In this document: piece after piece, positions 48,724 through 59,828 of the stretch
Position numbering within the stretch: position 1 is the first letter of the stretch
Layout of the letters: each line of letters begins with the position of its first letter
Assembly: GCA_050873765.1 (NCBI GenBank)
Contig: JBNMJK010000004.1
Span: forward strand, 2,844-66,843
DNA: 64,000 nucleotides
Source: Sodaliphilus sp.
Lineage (GTDB): Bacteria; Bacteroidota; Bacteroidia; Bacteroidales; Muribaculaceae
Direction of reading: 5' to 3'
Notes under the pieces: generated by a model
What the model saw: only the letters and a program-made list of their open reading frames with translations
What the model was told of the DNA's origin: nothing
Databases searched by the model: none
Translations under genes and position numbers: made by a program

Positions 48724-48795
48724 CGGAAATGCTCCCCTATGTGTGTGAGTAAACGAAATAAATATAGAAAAGATATACATTATATAAAATAAGCA

Positions 48796-49554
48796 GTGTC
48801 GCTAATAGATAAAATAGATAAAACAAGAGTTCCTCGCCACGTGGCCATCATTATGGACGGCAACGGGCGATGGGCTAAACAGCGTGGCATGATTCGCTCA
48901 TTCGGCCATGAGAATGGTGTGCCCACCGTGCACAACATCACCGAAGTGGCCAACGACTTAGGCATTGAATACCTCACGCTCTACACCTTCTCCACCGAGA
49001 ACTGGAGTCGCCCTCAAATGGAGGTGGACGCTTTGATGCACCTGGTGGTCACTTCCATCGAGAAGGAGACACCTGAGCTTATAGCGAAAAACGTGCGCCT
49101 CACCACCATTGGCGATATGGAGTGTGTGCCAGAATTTGCCCGTGCCCGTTTGCTCAAGTGTAAGGCCGACACCGCCCACTGCACAGGCATGGAACTATGC
49201 CTGGCATTAAGCTATTCCTCGCGTTGGGAAATTGTGGAGGCTATGCGCAGCATCGCCAGCGAAGTGAAAAACGGGTCGCTGAAGGTGACCGACATCGACG
49301 AAGGCGTGGTGTCGGCACATCTGTCAACCGCCCATATGCCCGACCCCGACCTGCTTATCCGCACAGCGGGAGATTTGCGCATCAGCAACTACCTGCTGTG
49401 GCAAATTGCTTACAGTGAACTCTATTTCACACCAGTTCTTTGGCCCGACTTCTCCAAGGACGACTTCCTTGAGGCCATCATCGACTATCAAAGCCGTGAG
49501 CGCCGATTCGGAAAGACCAGTGAACAGGTGACTAATGATAACGAACAAAATTGA
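48796..49554 (+). CDS. uppS: Undecaprenyl diphosphate synthase
   Basis: [34 protein letters not shown]; GTG start. Confidence 0.97.
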   Translation: MSLIDKIDKTRVPRHVAIIMDGNGRWAKQRGMIRSFGHENGVPTVHNITEVANDLGIEYLTLYTFSTENWSRPQMEVDALMHLVVTSIEKETPELIAKNVRLTTIGDMECVPEFARARLLKCKADTAHCTGMELCLALSYSSRWEIVEAMRSIASEVKNGSLKVTDIDEGVVSAHLSTAHMPDPDLLIRTAGDLRISNYLLWQIAYSELYFTPVLWPDFSKDDFLEAIIDYQSRERRFGKTSEQVTNDNEQN

Positions 49555-49558
49555 AGAT

Positions 49559-52204
49559 ATGCGATATAAGGCAATTCTACTACTCGTAACTATTCTTGCG
49601 CTTGCCTCAAGCGCCAACGCGCAGGAAACACGCACAGTGAACGACACCATCTACTATCCGAAAGTGGTGTTCTCGGGTCATCACCCTAAATATGAGATTG
49701 CAGGTATTAAGGTGACTGGCGCCGACAACTATGAAGACTACATCATTATCGGCTATTCCGGGCTTTCAATAGGTCAGCGCGTGGAAATTCCGGGCGACGA
49801 CATTAAGAACGCAGCCAAGCGCTTCTGGCGGCAGGGCCTTTTCTCCAAGGTGCAAATCAAGGTGGAGAAGGTGTATGCCGACAAGGTGTGGCTTGAATTT
49901 GTGCTCCAGCAGCAGCCGCGCATCTCGCAGGTGAACTATGTGGGCATGAAAAGCGGTGAGAAGAAGGACGTGAGCGAGCGCCTTGGGCTTACCCCAGGCA
50001 ACCAGATGACGCCTAACATTGCCGACCGCGTGAAAATCATCGTGCAAAAGTATTTTGCCGACAAGGGTTTTGAAAAGGCCACTGTGGAGGTGCTCCAGAA
50101 AGAGGACATCAGTAAGAAGAACGAGGTGATCGTGGATATTGTGGTGGATAAGCACTCTAAGATAGGTGTGCACAAAATCTATATCGAGGGCAACGAGGTG
50201 CTCAGCGATGGCAAAATCAAGAGTGCCATGAAGAAAACCAACGAGACAGGATTCTTCAACTTCAAAAAATGGTTCAGCCAGAAGAAGTTTGTGAACACCG
50301 ACTACGAGGAGGATAAGAATCGCATTATTGAAAAGTATAACGAGCTGGGCTACCGCGATGCGCGCATCGTGAGCGACAGCGTGGTCACCTACAACGACAA
50401 GAAGGTGGACGTGCATCTGCGAGTGGATGAAGGTAAGAAATACTACATTTCGGGCATCAACTGGGTGGGCAACACCGTTTATCCTACCGAGTTCCTCGAC
50501 AATGTGCTGGGCATGGAAAAAGGCCAGGTGTATAACCAAAAGAAACTCAACAAGCGCCTGAGCACCGACGACGACGCCGTGTCGAACCTCTATCTCGACA
50601 AGGGCTACCTCTTTGCTCAAATCGTGCCAGTGGAAACCCACGTGGAGGGCGACTCCATAGCGCTTGAAATGCGTTTGTTTGAAGGCAAGCGTGCCACAAT
50701 CAACCGTGTGATTATCAACGGTAACGACCGCCTGTATGAAAAGGTGATTCGCCGCGAACTCCGTGTTCGCCCAGGCGACTTGTTCTCCAAGAGCGACTTG
50801 ATGCGTTCTGCCCGTGAAATAGCCCAGACCGGTCACTTCGACCCTGAAAAAATGGATATTCGCCCTGAGCCAAACGAAGAAAACGGCACGGTTGACATCG
50901 TGTTCGGACTGGAATCGAAAGCCAACGACCAGATTGAGTTCTCCGCCGGCTGGGGACAGACGGGTATCATTGGCAAAGTGAGCTTGAAGTTTACCAACTT
51001 CTCCATTCAGAACCTGTTCCACCCCTCGTCGTTCAAGGGCATTATTCCACAGGGTGAAGGACAGACGTTCACCATCAGCGCACAGACCAATGCCAAATAC
51101 TATCAGTCGTACAGCGTTTCGTTCCTTGACCCATGGTTTGGAGGAAAGCGTCCTAACTCTCTGAGCGTGTCGGCATTCTACAGCCGCCAGACGGGTATCA
51201 ACTCCAGCTATTACAACACGCTCTACCAGAATGGCATGTATAACTACTACAACAACTATTATGGCCGATACAGTGGTTATGGCTATGGCAACTATGGCTA
51301 TGGCAGCAACTACTATGAAGATGCCTACGACCCCAACAAATATCTGCAAATGGGTGGTGTGACCATAGGCTTCGGTAAGCGCTTGAACTGGCCCGACGAC
51401 TATTTCACGCTTTCAGCCGAACTGGGCTACCAGTGGTACAGCCTGAAGAACTGGGAATACCTCTACTATATGAACAATGGCACGTCGAACTCTCTTGTGT
51501 TTGGCTTGACCCTTGCCCGTAACAGTATCGACAACCCACTCTACACCCGCCGAGGCAGCAGCTTCTCGCTCAGCTTCCACTTCACTCCACCAGCAAGCCT
51601 CTTTGGCAAGAAGAACTGGAAGGCGCTCTCGCAGGCCAACGACGAGGCTTCAAAGAAGGAGCTCTACAAGTGGATTGAATACTGGAAACTCAAATTCCAG
51701 GCTCGCACCTATACGCCGCTTACCGACCCCGACGGACGCTGGACACTCGTGCTCATGACCCGTGCCGACATTGGTTTGCTCGGCAGTTGGAACAGATATC
51801 TCAAGTCGCCGTTTGAAACCTTCTACGTGGGTGGCGACGGTATGTCGGGCAGCTACACTTATGCCACCGAGACTATTGCCCTGCGTGGCTACGACAATGG
51901 CCAGTTCACCCCTTATGGCAGCGACGGCTATGCCTACACCCGCTTCTTGATGGAGCTTCACTTCCCATTGATGCTCTCGCCAAGCGCCACCATCTATCCG
52001 CTGGCGTTTATTGAAGCCGGTAACGCATGGACAAGCGTGAGCCGCTTCTCGCCATTCGACCTCAAGCGTTCAGCCGGTGTGGGTGTGCGTATATTCCTGC
52101 CAATGCTCGGTATGATGGGTATCGACTGGGGCTATGGCTTCGACAAGGTGTTTGGCACAAAGGGTGGCAGCAATTTCCACTTTGTGCTCGGTCAGGAATT
52201 CTAA
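49559..52204 (+). CDS. bamA: Outer-membrane protein assembly factor BamA
   Basis: POTRA repeats, LRGY lid-lock motif, C-terminal FVLGQEF. Confidence 0.95.
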   Translation: MRYKAILLLVTILALASSANAQETRTVNDTIYYPKVVFSGHHPKYEIAGIKVTGADNYEDYIIIGYSGLSIGQRVEIPGDDIKNAAKRFWRQGLFSKVQIKVEKVYADKVWLEFVLQQQPRISQVNYVGMKSGEKKDVSERLGLTPGNQMTPNIADRVKIIVQKYFADKGFEKATVEVLQKEDISKKNEVIVDIVVDKHSKIGVHKIYIEGNEVLSDGKIKSAMKKTNETGFFNFKKWFSQKKFVNTDYEEDKNRIIEKYNELGYRDARIVSDSVVTYNDKKVDVHLRVDEGKKYYISGINWVGNTVYPTEFLDNVLGMEKGQVYNQKKLNKRLSTDDDAVSNLYLDKGYLFAQIVPVETHVEGDSIALEMRLFEGKRATINRVIINGNDRLYEKVIRRELRVRPGDLFSKSDLMRSAREIAQTGHFDPEKMDIRPEPNEENGTVDIVFGLESKANDQIEFSAGWGQTGIIGKVSLKFTNFSIQNLFHPSSFKGIIPQGEGQTFTISAQTNAKYYQSYSVSFLDPWFGGKRPNSLSVSAFYSRQTGINSSYYNTLYQNGMYNYYNNYYGRYSGYGYGNYGYGSNYYEDAYDPNKYLQMGGVTIGFGKRLNWPDDYFTLSAELGYQWYSLKNWEYLYYMNNGTSNSLVFGLTLARNSIDNPLYTRRGSSFSLSFHFTPPASLFGKKNWKALSQANDEASKKELYKWIEYWKLKFQARTYTPLTDPDGRWTLVLMTRADIGLLGSWNRYLKSPFETFYVGGDGMSGSYTYATETIALRGYDNGQFTPYGSDGYAYTRFLMELHFPLMLSPSATIYPLAFIEAGNAWTSVSRFSPFDLKRSAGVGVRIFLPMLGMMGIDWGYGFDKVFGTKGGSNFHFVLGQEF

Positions 52205-52295
52205 CGAATAAACTATTTGCGACTTACGGAGTCTAAAACCTCGCAGAAATCACAAATATGATCAAACCGTTAATTAATAATATTGCTTTTACGCT

Positions 52296-52808
52296 ATGAT
52301 GAAAAAATTTGTAATGCTTTTAATTGCCGTGGCCGCTTTTGTGGCTACAGCCTCTGCTCAAAAGTTTGCGTTCATCGACCAGGAATATATCTTGAAGAAA
52401 ATCCCCAACTATGAAATGGCAAACGAGCAGCTGAACCAGATTTCGCAGCGCTGGCAACGCGAGGTGGAGACTTTGGAAAAGGAAGCCGACACCATGTATA
52501 AGAACTACCAGGCCGACATGGTTTTCCTCACCGACGAACAGAAAAAGAAAAAGGAGGCTGAAATCGTGGCCAAGGAGAAAGAGGCATCTCAGCTCAAATA
52601 TAAATACTTCGGTCCTCAAGGCGAGCTCTACAAGAAGCAGCAGTCGCTCATCAAGCCTATTCAAGACGACATTTACGCCGCTTGCAAAAAGGTGTGTGAG
52701 GAAAAGGGCTACCAGGTGATATTCGACCGCGCCTCCATGCAGGGAGCTATGTACGTGTCGCCACGTATCGATGTAACCGATGAGGTGATAGCTAAATTAG
52801 GCTACTAA
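52296..52808 (+). CDS. skp: OmpH/Skp chaperone 1
   Basis: QKFAFID, FGPQGEL, DVTDEV. Confidence 0.92.
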   Translation: MMKKFVMLLIAVAAFVATASAQKFAFIDQEYILKKIPNYEMANEQLNQISQRWQREVETLEKEADTMYKNYQADMVFLTDEQKKKKEAEIVAKEKEASQLKYKYFGPQGELYKKQQSLIKPIQDDIYAACKKVCEEKGYQVIFDRASMQGAMYVSPRIDVTDEVIAKLGY

Positions 52809-52945
52809 AAAGTGGCTCTCAAAGCCAGCCATCGTGCACCTCTCGTTTTTCTCTCCGGAGGCGGCTATTGAAAGTATTTTCATACGGCTTCTAATTCACT
52901 GAAATAATAAATAAACTTAATAACTTACAAACACGACACACTATT

Positions 52946-53455
52946 ATGATGTTTAAGAAATTAATTCTCGCAGCGCTTGTGGCTGCTCCTATGATGCTTT
53001 CAGCACAGTCTGCTGTGAAGTTTGGTATGGTAAATCCTTCTGAAATTTTCCAGGTTATGCCAGAAACCGCTACAGCTCAAAACACGCTTAAGGCCGCAAG
53101 CGACAAGTATCAGCAGCAGGGCAAGGCTCTGCAAGACGAATTGCAGAAGAAGACTCAAGAGCTCGATGAACTTGAAAAGGCTAAAGCCGCACAGGCCACT
53201 ATCGAGGCTAAGACTAAAGAGGCTCAAGACCTCTACACCCGTCTGCAAAACTTCTCTCAAACTGCTCAGCAAGATTTGCAAAAGCAGCAGGAAACCTTGA
53301 TGGCCCCTATTCAGCAAAAGCTCCAAAACGCCATTCAGGCTGTGGGTGCCAAGGGTGGCTACACTGCCATTATCGACTCTTCTACACTCCTCTACAAGGG
53401 CAACAGTATGGAAGACGTTTCGGCCAAGGTGAAAGCTGAGCTGGGCATCAAGTAA
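52946..53455 (+). CDS. skp: OmpH/Skp chaperone 2
   Basis: KFGMVN, coiled-coil body, DVSAKVKAELG. Confidence 0.9.
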   Translation: MMFKKLILAALVAAPMMLSAQSAVKFGMVNPSEIFQVMPETATAQNTLKAASDKYQQQGKALQDELQKKTQELDELEKAKAAQATIEAKTKEAQDLYTRLQNFSQTAQQDLQKQQETLMAPIQQKLQNAIQAVGAKGGYTAIIDSSTLLYKGNSMEDVSAKVKAELGIK

Positions 53456-53530
53456 TAATTGAGTGCACAGTGCGTGTGGGCTGTTGGCATGGCCGCAGCT
53501 TATTCATACACATTCCCCTAAAAAGCATTA

Positions 53531-53570
53531 AGGAAAGGCTTGCCATTGCATGGTGGGTCTTTCTTTTTTG
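53531..53570 (+). terminator. Intrinsic terminator after skp 2
   Basis: 15-bp stem with G-U pairs, T-tract. Confidence 0.65.
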
Positions 53571-53738
53571 CGCTATTGAGAAATATAGCTATCTTTGTAG
53601 GGTAATCACACTCTGTGTGAGGTACAGATGATGGCCGAAAGCGGCTCACTACGCATCGCTTCAGCCGCGTGTAGGCTTCTGCGCAGCTCAAGACTTTGTG
53701 CCTCGGGGTGAAACTAATTGATCAATTATTAAGACGCT

Positions 53739-54251
53739 ATGGTAAAGAAAATTCTACTTTTATTAGTGGCGCTGGTGCCCATGTGTGTGTCGGCTCAAGT
53801 TGTGAAAATTGCGGTGGTCAATATTCAGGACATCTATAACGCGTGCCCAGAAAAAGAGGCTGCGGAAAAAACGCTCACCGACTTGAGCAAGCAGTACCAG
53901 AAAGAATACAAATTGATGCAGGACGATTTCGGAAAGAAGTATGCCGATTTCCAGCGTCTTGCCAACGACACCAAGGTGGCCGCCACCATCAAGGAGCGCC
54001 GCGTGCAGGAAATTCAGGACGAGGATGAGAAGGTGAAGCAGTTTCTCCAGCAGGTGGATAAGGAACTTGCCCTCAAGAAAGCTGAACTGAACAAGGGCAT
54101 CTATGCCAAAATCCATGCCGCAGTGAAAGCCGTGGGCGAGGCTGGAGGCTTCACCTACATTTTCGACGTGTCGCAAACTCCGTTGGCCTATACCGGACCC
54201 ACCGCCATCGACCTCACTGCGGTGGTGAAGGAGAAGCTGGGTCTGAAATAA
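53739..54251 (+). CDS. skp: OmpH/Skp chaperone 3
   Basis: KIAVVN, FTYIFD, DLTAVVKEKLG. Confidence 0.88.
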   Translation: MVKKILLLLVALVPMCVSAQVVKIAVVNIQDIYNACPEKEAAEKTLTDLSKQYQKEYKLMQDDFGKKYADFQRLANDTKVAATIKERRVQEIQDEDEKVKQFLQQVDKELALKKAELNKGIYAKIHAAVKAVGEAGGFTYIFDVSQTPLAYTGPTAIDLTAVVKEKLGLK

Positions 54252-54378
54252 GCCAATTCCGAATAATGGTGTACGCACGCATTGAGGCTACGCCTTTTTG
54301 CACAAATTCAGAAAAAATTAGTTATCTTTGTGATGGGCAAACCGTAATGGCATGCTTATTGCATCTTGAATAGGAAAA

Positions 54379-55608
54379 ATGACGAAACGTATCCTTACAT
54401 ATCTTATGCTGATGATGGGCATCTGCTTTTGCGCCGATGCCTCACAAGGCACCGATTCCATACGGGTGAGCCTCGTGACGGTGTTTCCGGGAAGCGAGAT
54501 ATATGAGGCGTATGGCCACACCGAGCTGCGTGTGGTGGACGAGCATGGCGACTTTTTCTACAACTACGGCTTGTTCGATTTCAATGCGCCAGGCTTCACC
54601 TATCGCTTTGTGAAGGGTGAAACCGACTATCTGTGCGGCGCCATACCGCAATCCTACGCCATGCAGGACTATGATGGCAGAAGGGTGGTGGAGCAGGTGC
54701 TTAATCTCACGCCATCGCAGGCACGCACAGTGCGCGACTTGCTTGTGGAGAACGCCAAGCCGCAAAACGCCACCTACCGCTACAAGTTTGTGAGCGACAA
54801 CTGCGCCACACGTCCGCGCGACATTATAGAGAAAGCCTTAGGCGATTCACTGGAGTACCACCCCAATGGCTCTGCCAAACTGACATATCGCGACATCATG
54901 CATGTTTTCAACGCCAATTTTGCGTGGAGCCAGTTTGGAATCGACCTTGCGCTTGGCAGCGACCTCGACACGGTGATTACCTATCGGCAGCAGATGTTTG
55001 CCCCGCTTTTTCTGATGACCGCCGTTGCGCGCGCCACGGTGAAAAACGCCGATGGAACAGAGGCTCCGCTGGTGAAGAGCGAGCAGCTGCTTTCCGAAGG
55101 GGCGATGGGCCCGATGGCGCCACCCACGCCATGGTACGCCTCGCCGCTCTGGCTGACGTTGGCACTGCTGGTGCTCACGTGGGCCGTCACTATTCGCGAC
55201 TGCTGTAAAACCTTCCGTGCGAGCCGGTGGTTCGACACCGTGCTTTTCGCCATATATGGCCTGGGCGGGTGCGTGATGTTCTACCTTGTGTTTGTCTGCA
55301 CCCACGAATGTACGTCGCCCAACTTTAATGCGCTGTGGCTTCACCCGTTTTATCTGCTCCTGTCGGTGCTGCCGTGGCTGCCCAAAGCCCAGAAGGCACT
55401 TACTGTGCTTCACATGGTGAATATCGCCTGGCTTGTCGTGGTGGCGGTGCTCTTTGGCATCGGGGTGCTGCATCAGAGGCTGCTCACAGCGTTCTGTATT
55501 TTGATTGCGGTGCCAATAATCCGGTCAATCAGTTATTTACTCACCTATCAACTGCGCCACTTCCGTGAACTGCGCAGCCAAATGAAAGATTATGCAGTCG
55601 AGGAATAG
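54379..55608 (+). CDS. DUF4105 protein (Lnb-like lipoprotein N-acyltransferase candidate)
   Basis: YGHTELR, NYGLFDF, YKFVSDNCATR, C-terminal TM helices. Confidence 0.85.
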   Translation: MTKRILTYLMLMMGICFCADASQGTDSIRVSLVTVFPGSEIYEAYGHTELRVVDEHGDFFYNYGLFDFNAPGFTYRFVKGETDYLCGAIPQSYAMQDYDGRRVVEQVLNLTPSQARTVRDLLVENAKPQNATYRYKFVSDNCATRPRDIIEKALGDSLEYHPNGSAKLTYRDIMHVFNANFAWSQFGIDLALGSDLDTVITYRQQMFAPLFLMTAVARATVKNADGTEAPLVKSEQLLSEGAMGPMAPPTPWYASPLWLTLALLVLTWAVTIRDCCKTFRASRWFDTVLFAIYGLGGCVMFYLVFVCTHECTSPNFNALWLHPFYLLLSVLPWLPKAQKALTVLHMVNIAWLVVVAVLFGIGVLHQRLLTAFCILIAVPIIRSISYLLTYQLRHFRELRSQMKDYAVEE

Positions 55609-56014
55609 TCAAATCAATCGCTTGCTCACGTCCATTATGGCTTCCATAGTGGTGCTGTCGGCTGTCGCCACCGTGGAGGTGCGTATGCCCAGCCAGGACG
55701 TGGAGGTGATTGTGAACCAGCTTCGCTCCGACTGCACGCTCCTGCTTTCCGACCGCGAGGGGCAGGAGGCCCTTGGCAGAATCCTCCGCCACCCACAGGG
55801 CAAGGCGCTGATGCGGGCCATCAAGCATCTTTCCAAAAAGCAGATGGGAGGATCGCTCGTTGTGCCACATTCTGTGGCTGCCACGCTACCCTCGCTGCTT
55901 GCGCCCACTTCTGAAGATTCCTTGCAATTTATATCCATACCCATCGACACGGCTCTGCTGGCACCTGCCAAACAGAGCCAGCTGCGCGTGCGCGCACCCA
56001 GTATATTGTGCTGA
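55592..56014 (+). CDS. Hypothetical protein upstream of secA with N-terminal hydrophobic segment and C-terminal RAPS motif
   Basis: 140-aa ORF overlapping the previous stop. Confidence 0.6.
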   Translation: MQSRNSQINRLLTSIMASIVVLSAVATVEVRMPSQDVEVIVNQLRSDCTLLLSDREGQEALGRILRHPQGKALMRAIKHLSKKQMGGSLVVPHSVAATLPSLLAPTSEDSLQFISIPIDTALLAPAKQSQLRVRAPSILC

Positions 56015-56152
56015 TCTATCATGTGATTTTCAACTATTTTTATTATCTTTGTAGCTCATTATGTGGCATTTTGCCCCACCGCACATGTGGCGCGTGGGTG
56101 ACGTGTGCCGCTGATGGCTCTTCACTAAACAAACATACATACAACACAATAT

Positions 56153-59100
56153 ATGGGATTAAACGACTTTTTAAAATCGATGTTCGGTAGCAAAAGCGAC
56201 CGCGACTTGAAGAAACTGCGTCCTATTTTGCAGAAAATCAAGGATGTGTATCCGTCTATTCAGCAGCTGTCGAACGATGAAATTCGTGCACGGGTCACTG
56301 CTATCCGTCAGGATATTCAAGACAGTGTGCAACCACTACGCGATGAGATAGCTAAAATAAAATCGGAAGTTGAGGAACTCGACTTCGACAAGCGCCAGCC
56401 CCTTTGGGACAAGGTGGACAAACTTCAGAAAGATGTGCTCGACCGCATTCAAGAAAAGCTCGATGAGGTGCTGCCTGAGGTGTATGCCATCGTGAAGGAC
56501 ACCGCACGGCGCTTCGCTGAGAATGAAACCATACAGGTGACTGCCACCGACTTCGACCGTAAGCTCGCTGCCGAAGGGCGCGACTTCCTTACAGTGGACG
56601 GCGACACCGCCACCTACTACAACCACTGGGTGGCTGGCGGCAACGAGGTGACTTGGGATATGATTCACTACGATGTGCAGCTCATCGGTGGTATTGTGCT
56701 TCACCAAGGCAAGATCGCTGAAATGGCTACTGGTGAAGGTAAGACCCTTGTGGGTACGCTGCCGGTGTTCCTCAACGCCCTTAGCGGCAATGGTGTGCAC
56801 ATGGTCACCGTGAACGACTACCTCGCTAAGCGTGACTCGGAATGGATGGGTCCGCTGTATATGTTCCACGGCATCAGCGTGGCTTGTATCGACAAGACTC
56901 GCCCCAACTCTAAGGAGCGCCGCGATGCCTACAACTGCGACATCACTTTCGGTACGAACAGTGAATTCGGTTTCGACTACCTCCGCGACAACATGTGTAT
57001 GACACCGGAGGAGATGGTGCAGCGTATGCACAACTTCGCCATCGTGGACGAGGTGGACTCGGTGCTGATCGACGATGCCCGCACACCTCTGATTATATCC
57101 GGACCGGTGGCAAGAGGCGAGGATCAGATGTTCAACGACTTCAAGCCTAATGTGGAGCGTGTGTATGAGGCTCAGCGCAAACTCGTGACCCAACTGCTCG
57201 CCGATGCCAAGCGCATGATGGCAAGCGACGACGACAAGACCTTTGAGGAAGGCACACTGCTTCTGTATCGTGCCCACAAGGGTCTGCCTAAATACAAGCC
57301 ACTGATCAAATATCTCTCGGAAGATGGCGTGAAGCAGGCTATGCTGAAAATTGAGGCGAAGTATATGCAGGACAATAGCCGCGACATGCACATTGTCACC
57401 GATCCTCTTTACTTCATCATTGATGAGCAGAACAACACCGTGGAGCTTACCGACAAGGGTATCGATGTGCTGACCAAGGGCACCGAGGATCCTAAGTTCT
57501 TCGTGCTCCCCGACATTGCCAGCGAACTGTCGGCCGTGACCAACGAGCCTATCTCGGAAGAGGAGAAGGTGGAGAAGCGCGACCAGCTGCTGCAGAACTA
57601 TTCGCTGAAGGCGGAGCGTGTGCACACGGTGACACAGCTTCTGAAGGCTTACACGCTCTTCAACCGCGATGATGAGTATATCGTTGACGAGGAAGGCAAG
57701 GTGAAGATTGTGGACGAGCAAACCGGCCGTATTATGGAAGGCCGCCGCTATAGCGATGGTCTGCACCAGGCTATCGAGGCTAAGGAAGGTGTGAATGTGG
57801 AAGCCGCAACGCAGACTTTCGCCACCATCACGCTGCAGAACTACTTCCGTATGTATAACAAGCTGGCAGGTATGACCGGTACGGCCGAAACCGAGGCCGG
57901 CGAGTTCTGGGAAATCTACAAGCTCGATGTGGTTACCATTCCCACCAACAAGCCTGTGATTCGCGACGATATGCCCGACCGCGTATATAAGACCCAAAAA
58001 GAGAAATTCAATGCGGTGATTGCCGAAATTGAGAAGATGCGCAATTCCGGACGGCCTACGCTGGTGGGTACCACCTCTGTGGAAATATCAGAAATGCTCA
58101 GCCGTATGCTCCGTTTGCGCCATATCCCACACCAGGTGCTGAACGCCAAGCTCCACCAGCAAGAGGCCGATATCGTGGCTCAGGCTGGTCAGTCGGTAGA
58201 TGGCAAGGGTGTGGTCACCATTGCCACCAACATGGCAGGCCGTGGTACGGATATTAAGCTCTCGAAAGAGGTGAAGGCGGCAGGCGGTCTGGCCATCATC
58301 GGCACCGAGCGCCACGAGTCGCGCCGTGTGGATCGTCAGCTCCGTGGCCGTGCAGGCCGTCAGGGCGACCCCGGTAGCTCTGTGTTCTTCGTGTCGTTTG
58401 AAGACAAGGTGATGCGTCTGTTCGCCAGCGAGAAAATCGTGAAGCTGCTCGACCGCCTCGGTCTTCAAGACGGTGAGGCCATTGAGTCGCCTATGGTGAC
58501 CAAGAGCATTGAAAATGCACAGAAACGTGTGGAGGAGAACAACTTCGGTATCCGTAAGCACACGCTTGAATACGATGATGTGATGAATGCCCAGCGTAAG
58601 GTGATCTACACCAACCGCCACCACGCCCTTTTGGGTGAGCGCATTGGCCTTGACATTATCAACACCATCTACGACACGGTGGAAGATGCCGTGAATAAGT
58701 ACAACGACTATGAGTACGACGACTTCAAGATGCACGTGCTCACCACTTTCGCCATTGAGCCACCATTCGACGAGGCTGAGTACCGCAAGCTCGACAAGCA
58801 GGACAAAATCGACCGCCTCTATAAGGTGGTGAACGATGCGTTCAACCGCAAGATGGAGCGCCTCCGCGAGGTGGCCACTCCTGTCATCAACCAGATTGCG
58901 CAGCAGCAGCTCGAAAGCGGCGCGCCTGAGGTGGGCGGACAGATTCGTGTGCCTATCACCGACGGCAAGCGCATGTTTGGCATTGTGATTGGCATTAAGG
59001 AAGCCTACGACACTGGTTGCAAGAATTTAGTGAAGGCTTGGCAAAAGGCTGTGCTCCTGCTTTCTATCGATGAGAATTGGAAGGAGCATCTTCGTGAGCT

Positions 59101-59515
59101 CGACCAGTTGCGCCAGTCGGTGCAGAATGCAAGCTATGAGCAGAAGGATCCACTCGTGATCTACAAGGTGGAGTCGTTCAAGCTGTTCCAGGCCATGCTC
59201 GGCGTGCTCAACACGAAGGTGGTGGCCACACTGCTTCGCGGCCAGATACCGGTGGAGGCAAGCGACCCCGACACCGTGCGCCGTGAAGGCGAGCGTGCTC
59301 CAGAGCGCAAGCCACAGCAGCGCCTGAGCGAAAACCGTGGCGACGATGCGCTTGAGGCTGCCGCCAAGGCCAACGCCCGCGCAGCACAGTCGGCTTCACC
59401 ACAGGCCAATGCGCCACGCACCCCACTCCACGTGGGTCCGAAAGTGATGCCTAACGACCCATGCCCATGTGGCAGTGGCAAGAAGTACAAAAAATGCCAC
59501 GGCCGCTTCGCCTAA
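56153..59515 (+). CDS. secA: Preprotein translocase subunit SecA
   Basis: [42 protein letters not shown] zinc motif. Confidence 0.99.
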   Translation: MGLNDFLKSMFGSKSDRDLKKLRPILQKIKDVYPSIQQLSNDEIRARVTAIRQDIQDSVQPLRDEIAKIKSEVEELDFDKRQPLWDKVDKLQKDVLDRIQEKLDEVLPEVYAIVKDTARRFAENETIQVTATDFDRKLAAEGRDFLTVDGDTATYYNHWVAGGNEVTWDMIHYDVQLIGGIVLHQGKIAEMATGEGKTLVGTLPVFLNALSGNGVHMVTVNDYLAKRDSEWMGPLYMFHGISVACIDKTRPNSKERRDAYNCDITFGTNSEFGFDYLRDNMCMTPEEMVQRMHNFAIVDEVDSVLIDDARTPLIISGPVARGEDQMFNDFKPNVERVYEAQRKLVTQLLADAKRMMASDDDKTFEEGTLLLYRAHKGLPKYKPLIKYLSEDGVKQAMLKIEAKYMQDNSRDMHIVTDPLYFIIDEQNNTVELTDKGIDVLTKGTEDPKFFVLPDIASELSAVTNEPISEEEKVEKRDQLLQNYSLKAERVHTVTQLLKAYTLFNRDDEYIVDEEGKVKIVDEQTGRIMEGRRYSDGLHQAIEAKEGVNVEAATQTFATITLQNYFRMYNKLAGMTGTAETEAGEFWEIYKLDVVTIPTNKPVIRDDMPDRVYKTQKEKFNAVIAEIEKMRNSGRPTLVGTTSVEISEMLSRMLRLRHIPHQVLNAKLHQQEADIVAQAGQSVDGKGVVTIATNMAGRGTDIKLSKEVKAAGGLAIIGTERHESRRVDRQLRGRAGRQGDPGSSVFFVSFEDKVMRLFASEKIVKLLDRLGLQDGEAIESPMVTKSIENAQKRVEENNFGIRKHTLEYDDVMNAQRKVIYTNRHHALLGERIGLDIINTIYDTVEDAVNKYNDYEYDDFKMHVLTTFAIEPPFDEAEYRKLDKQDKIDRLYKVVNDAFNRKMERLREVATPVINQIAQQQLESGAPEVGGQIRVPITDGKRMFGIVIGIKEAYDTGCKNLVKAWQKAVLLLSIDENWKEHLRELDQLRQSVQNASYEQKDPLVIYKVESFKLFQAMLGVLNTKVVATLLRGQIPVEASDPDTVRREGERAPERKPQQRLSENRGDDALEAAAKANARAAQSASPQANAPRTPLHVGPKVMPNDPCPCGSGKKYKKCHGRFA

Positions 59516-59589
59516 CATAGCATAATGATGGCGCATCAGCCGTCAAAGGCTACGATGTGAAAATAATAAATCTCACTCTTTACATATAT

Positions 59590-59633
59590 ATCGCTCTCTG
59601 TGGCACCGATAGCCGCAGAGAGCGATTTGTTTT
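59590..59633 (+). terminator. secA terminator
   Basis: ATCGCTCTCTG/CAGAGAGCGAT stem, T-rich tail. Confidence 0.8.
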
Positions 59634-59828
59634 GGGCTTGGGCATGTGTGAATAAATGCAAGGTTGCAGAAATTTGGAGCGTAAGAGAATAGTGTGTAAT
59701 TTAGCGCCGTGAAAGCAGCACTCATGCTTGCCACGCATATTACGCATCATTTAGAAAAGCTATTGAATAGCATATAATTATAGCACAGTTTCCATTCTTG
59801 TTATCTCATTAATAAAAACTTCAGCGAA

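Noticed and set aside
49766-51349. 527-aa minus-strand ORF
   Set aside because: Antisense shadow of bamA; no motifs.
56336-57997. 553-aa minus-strand ORF
   Set aside because: Antisense shadow of secA.
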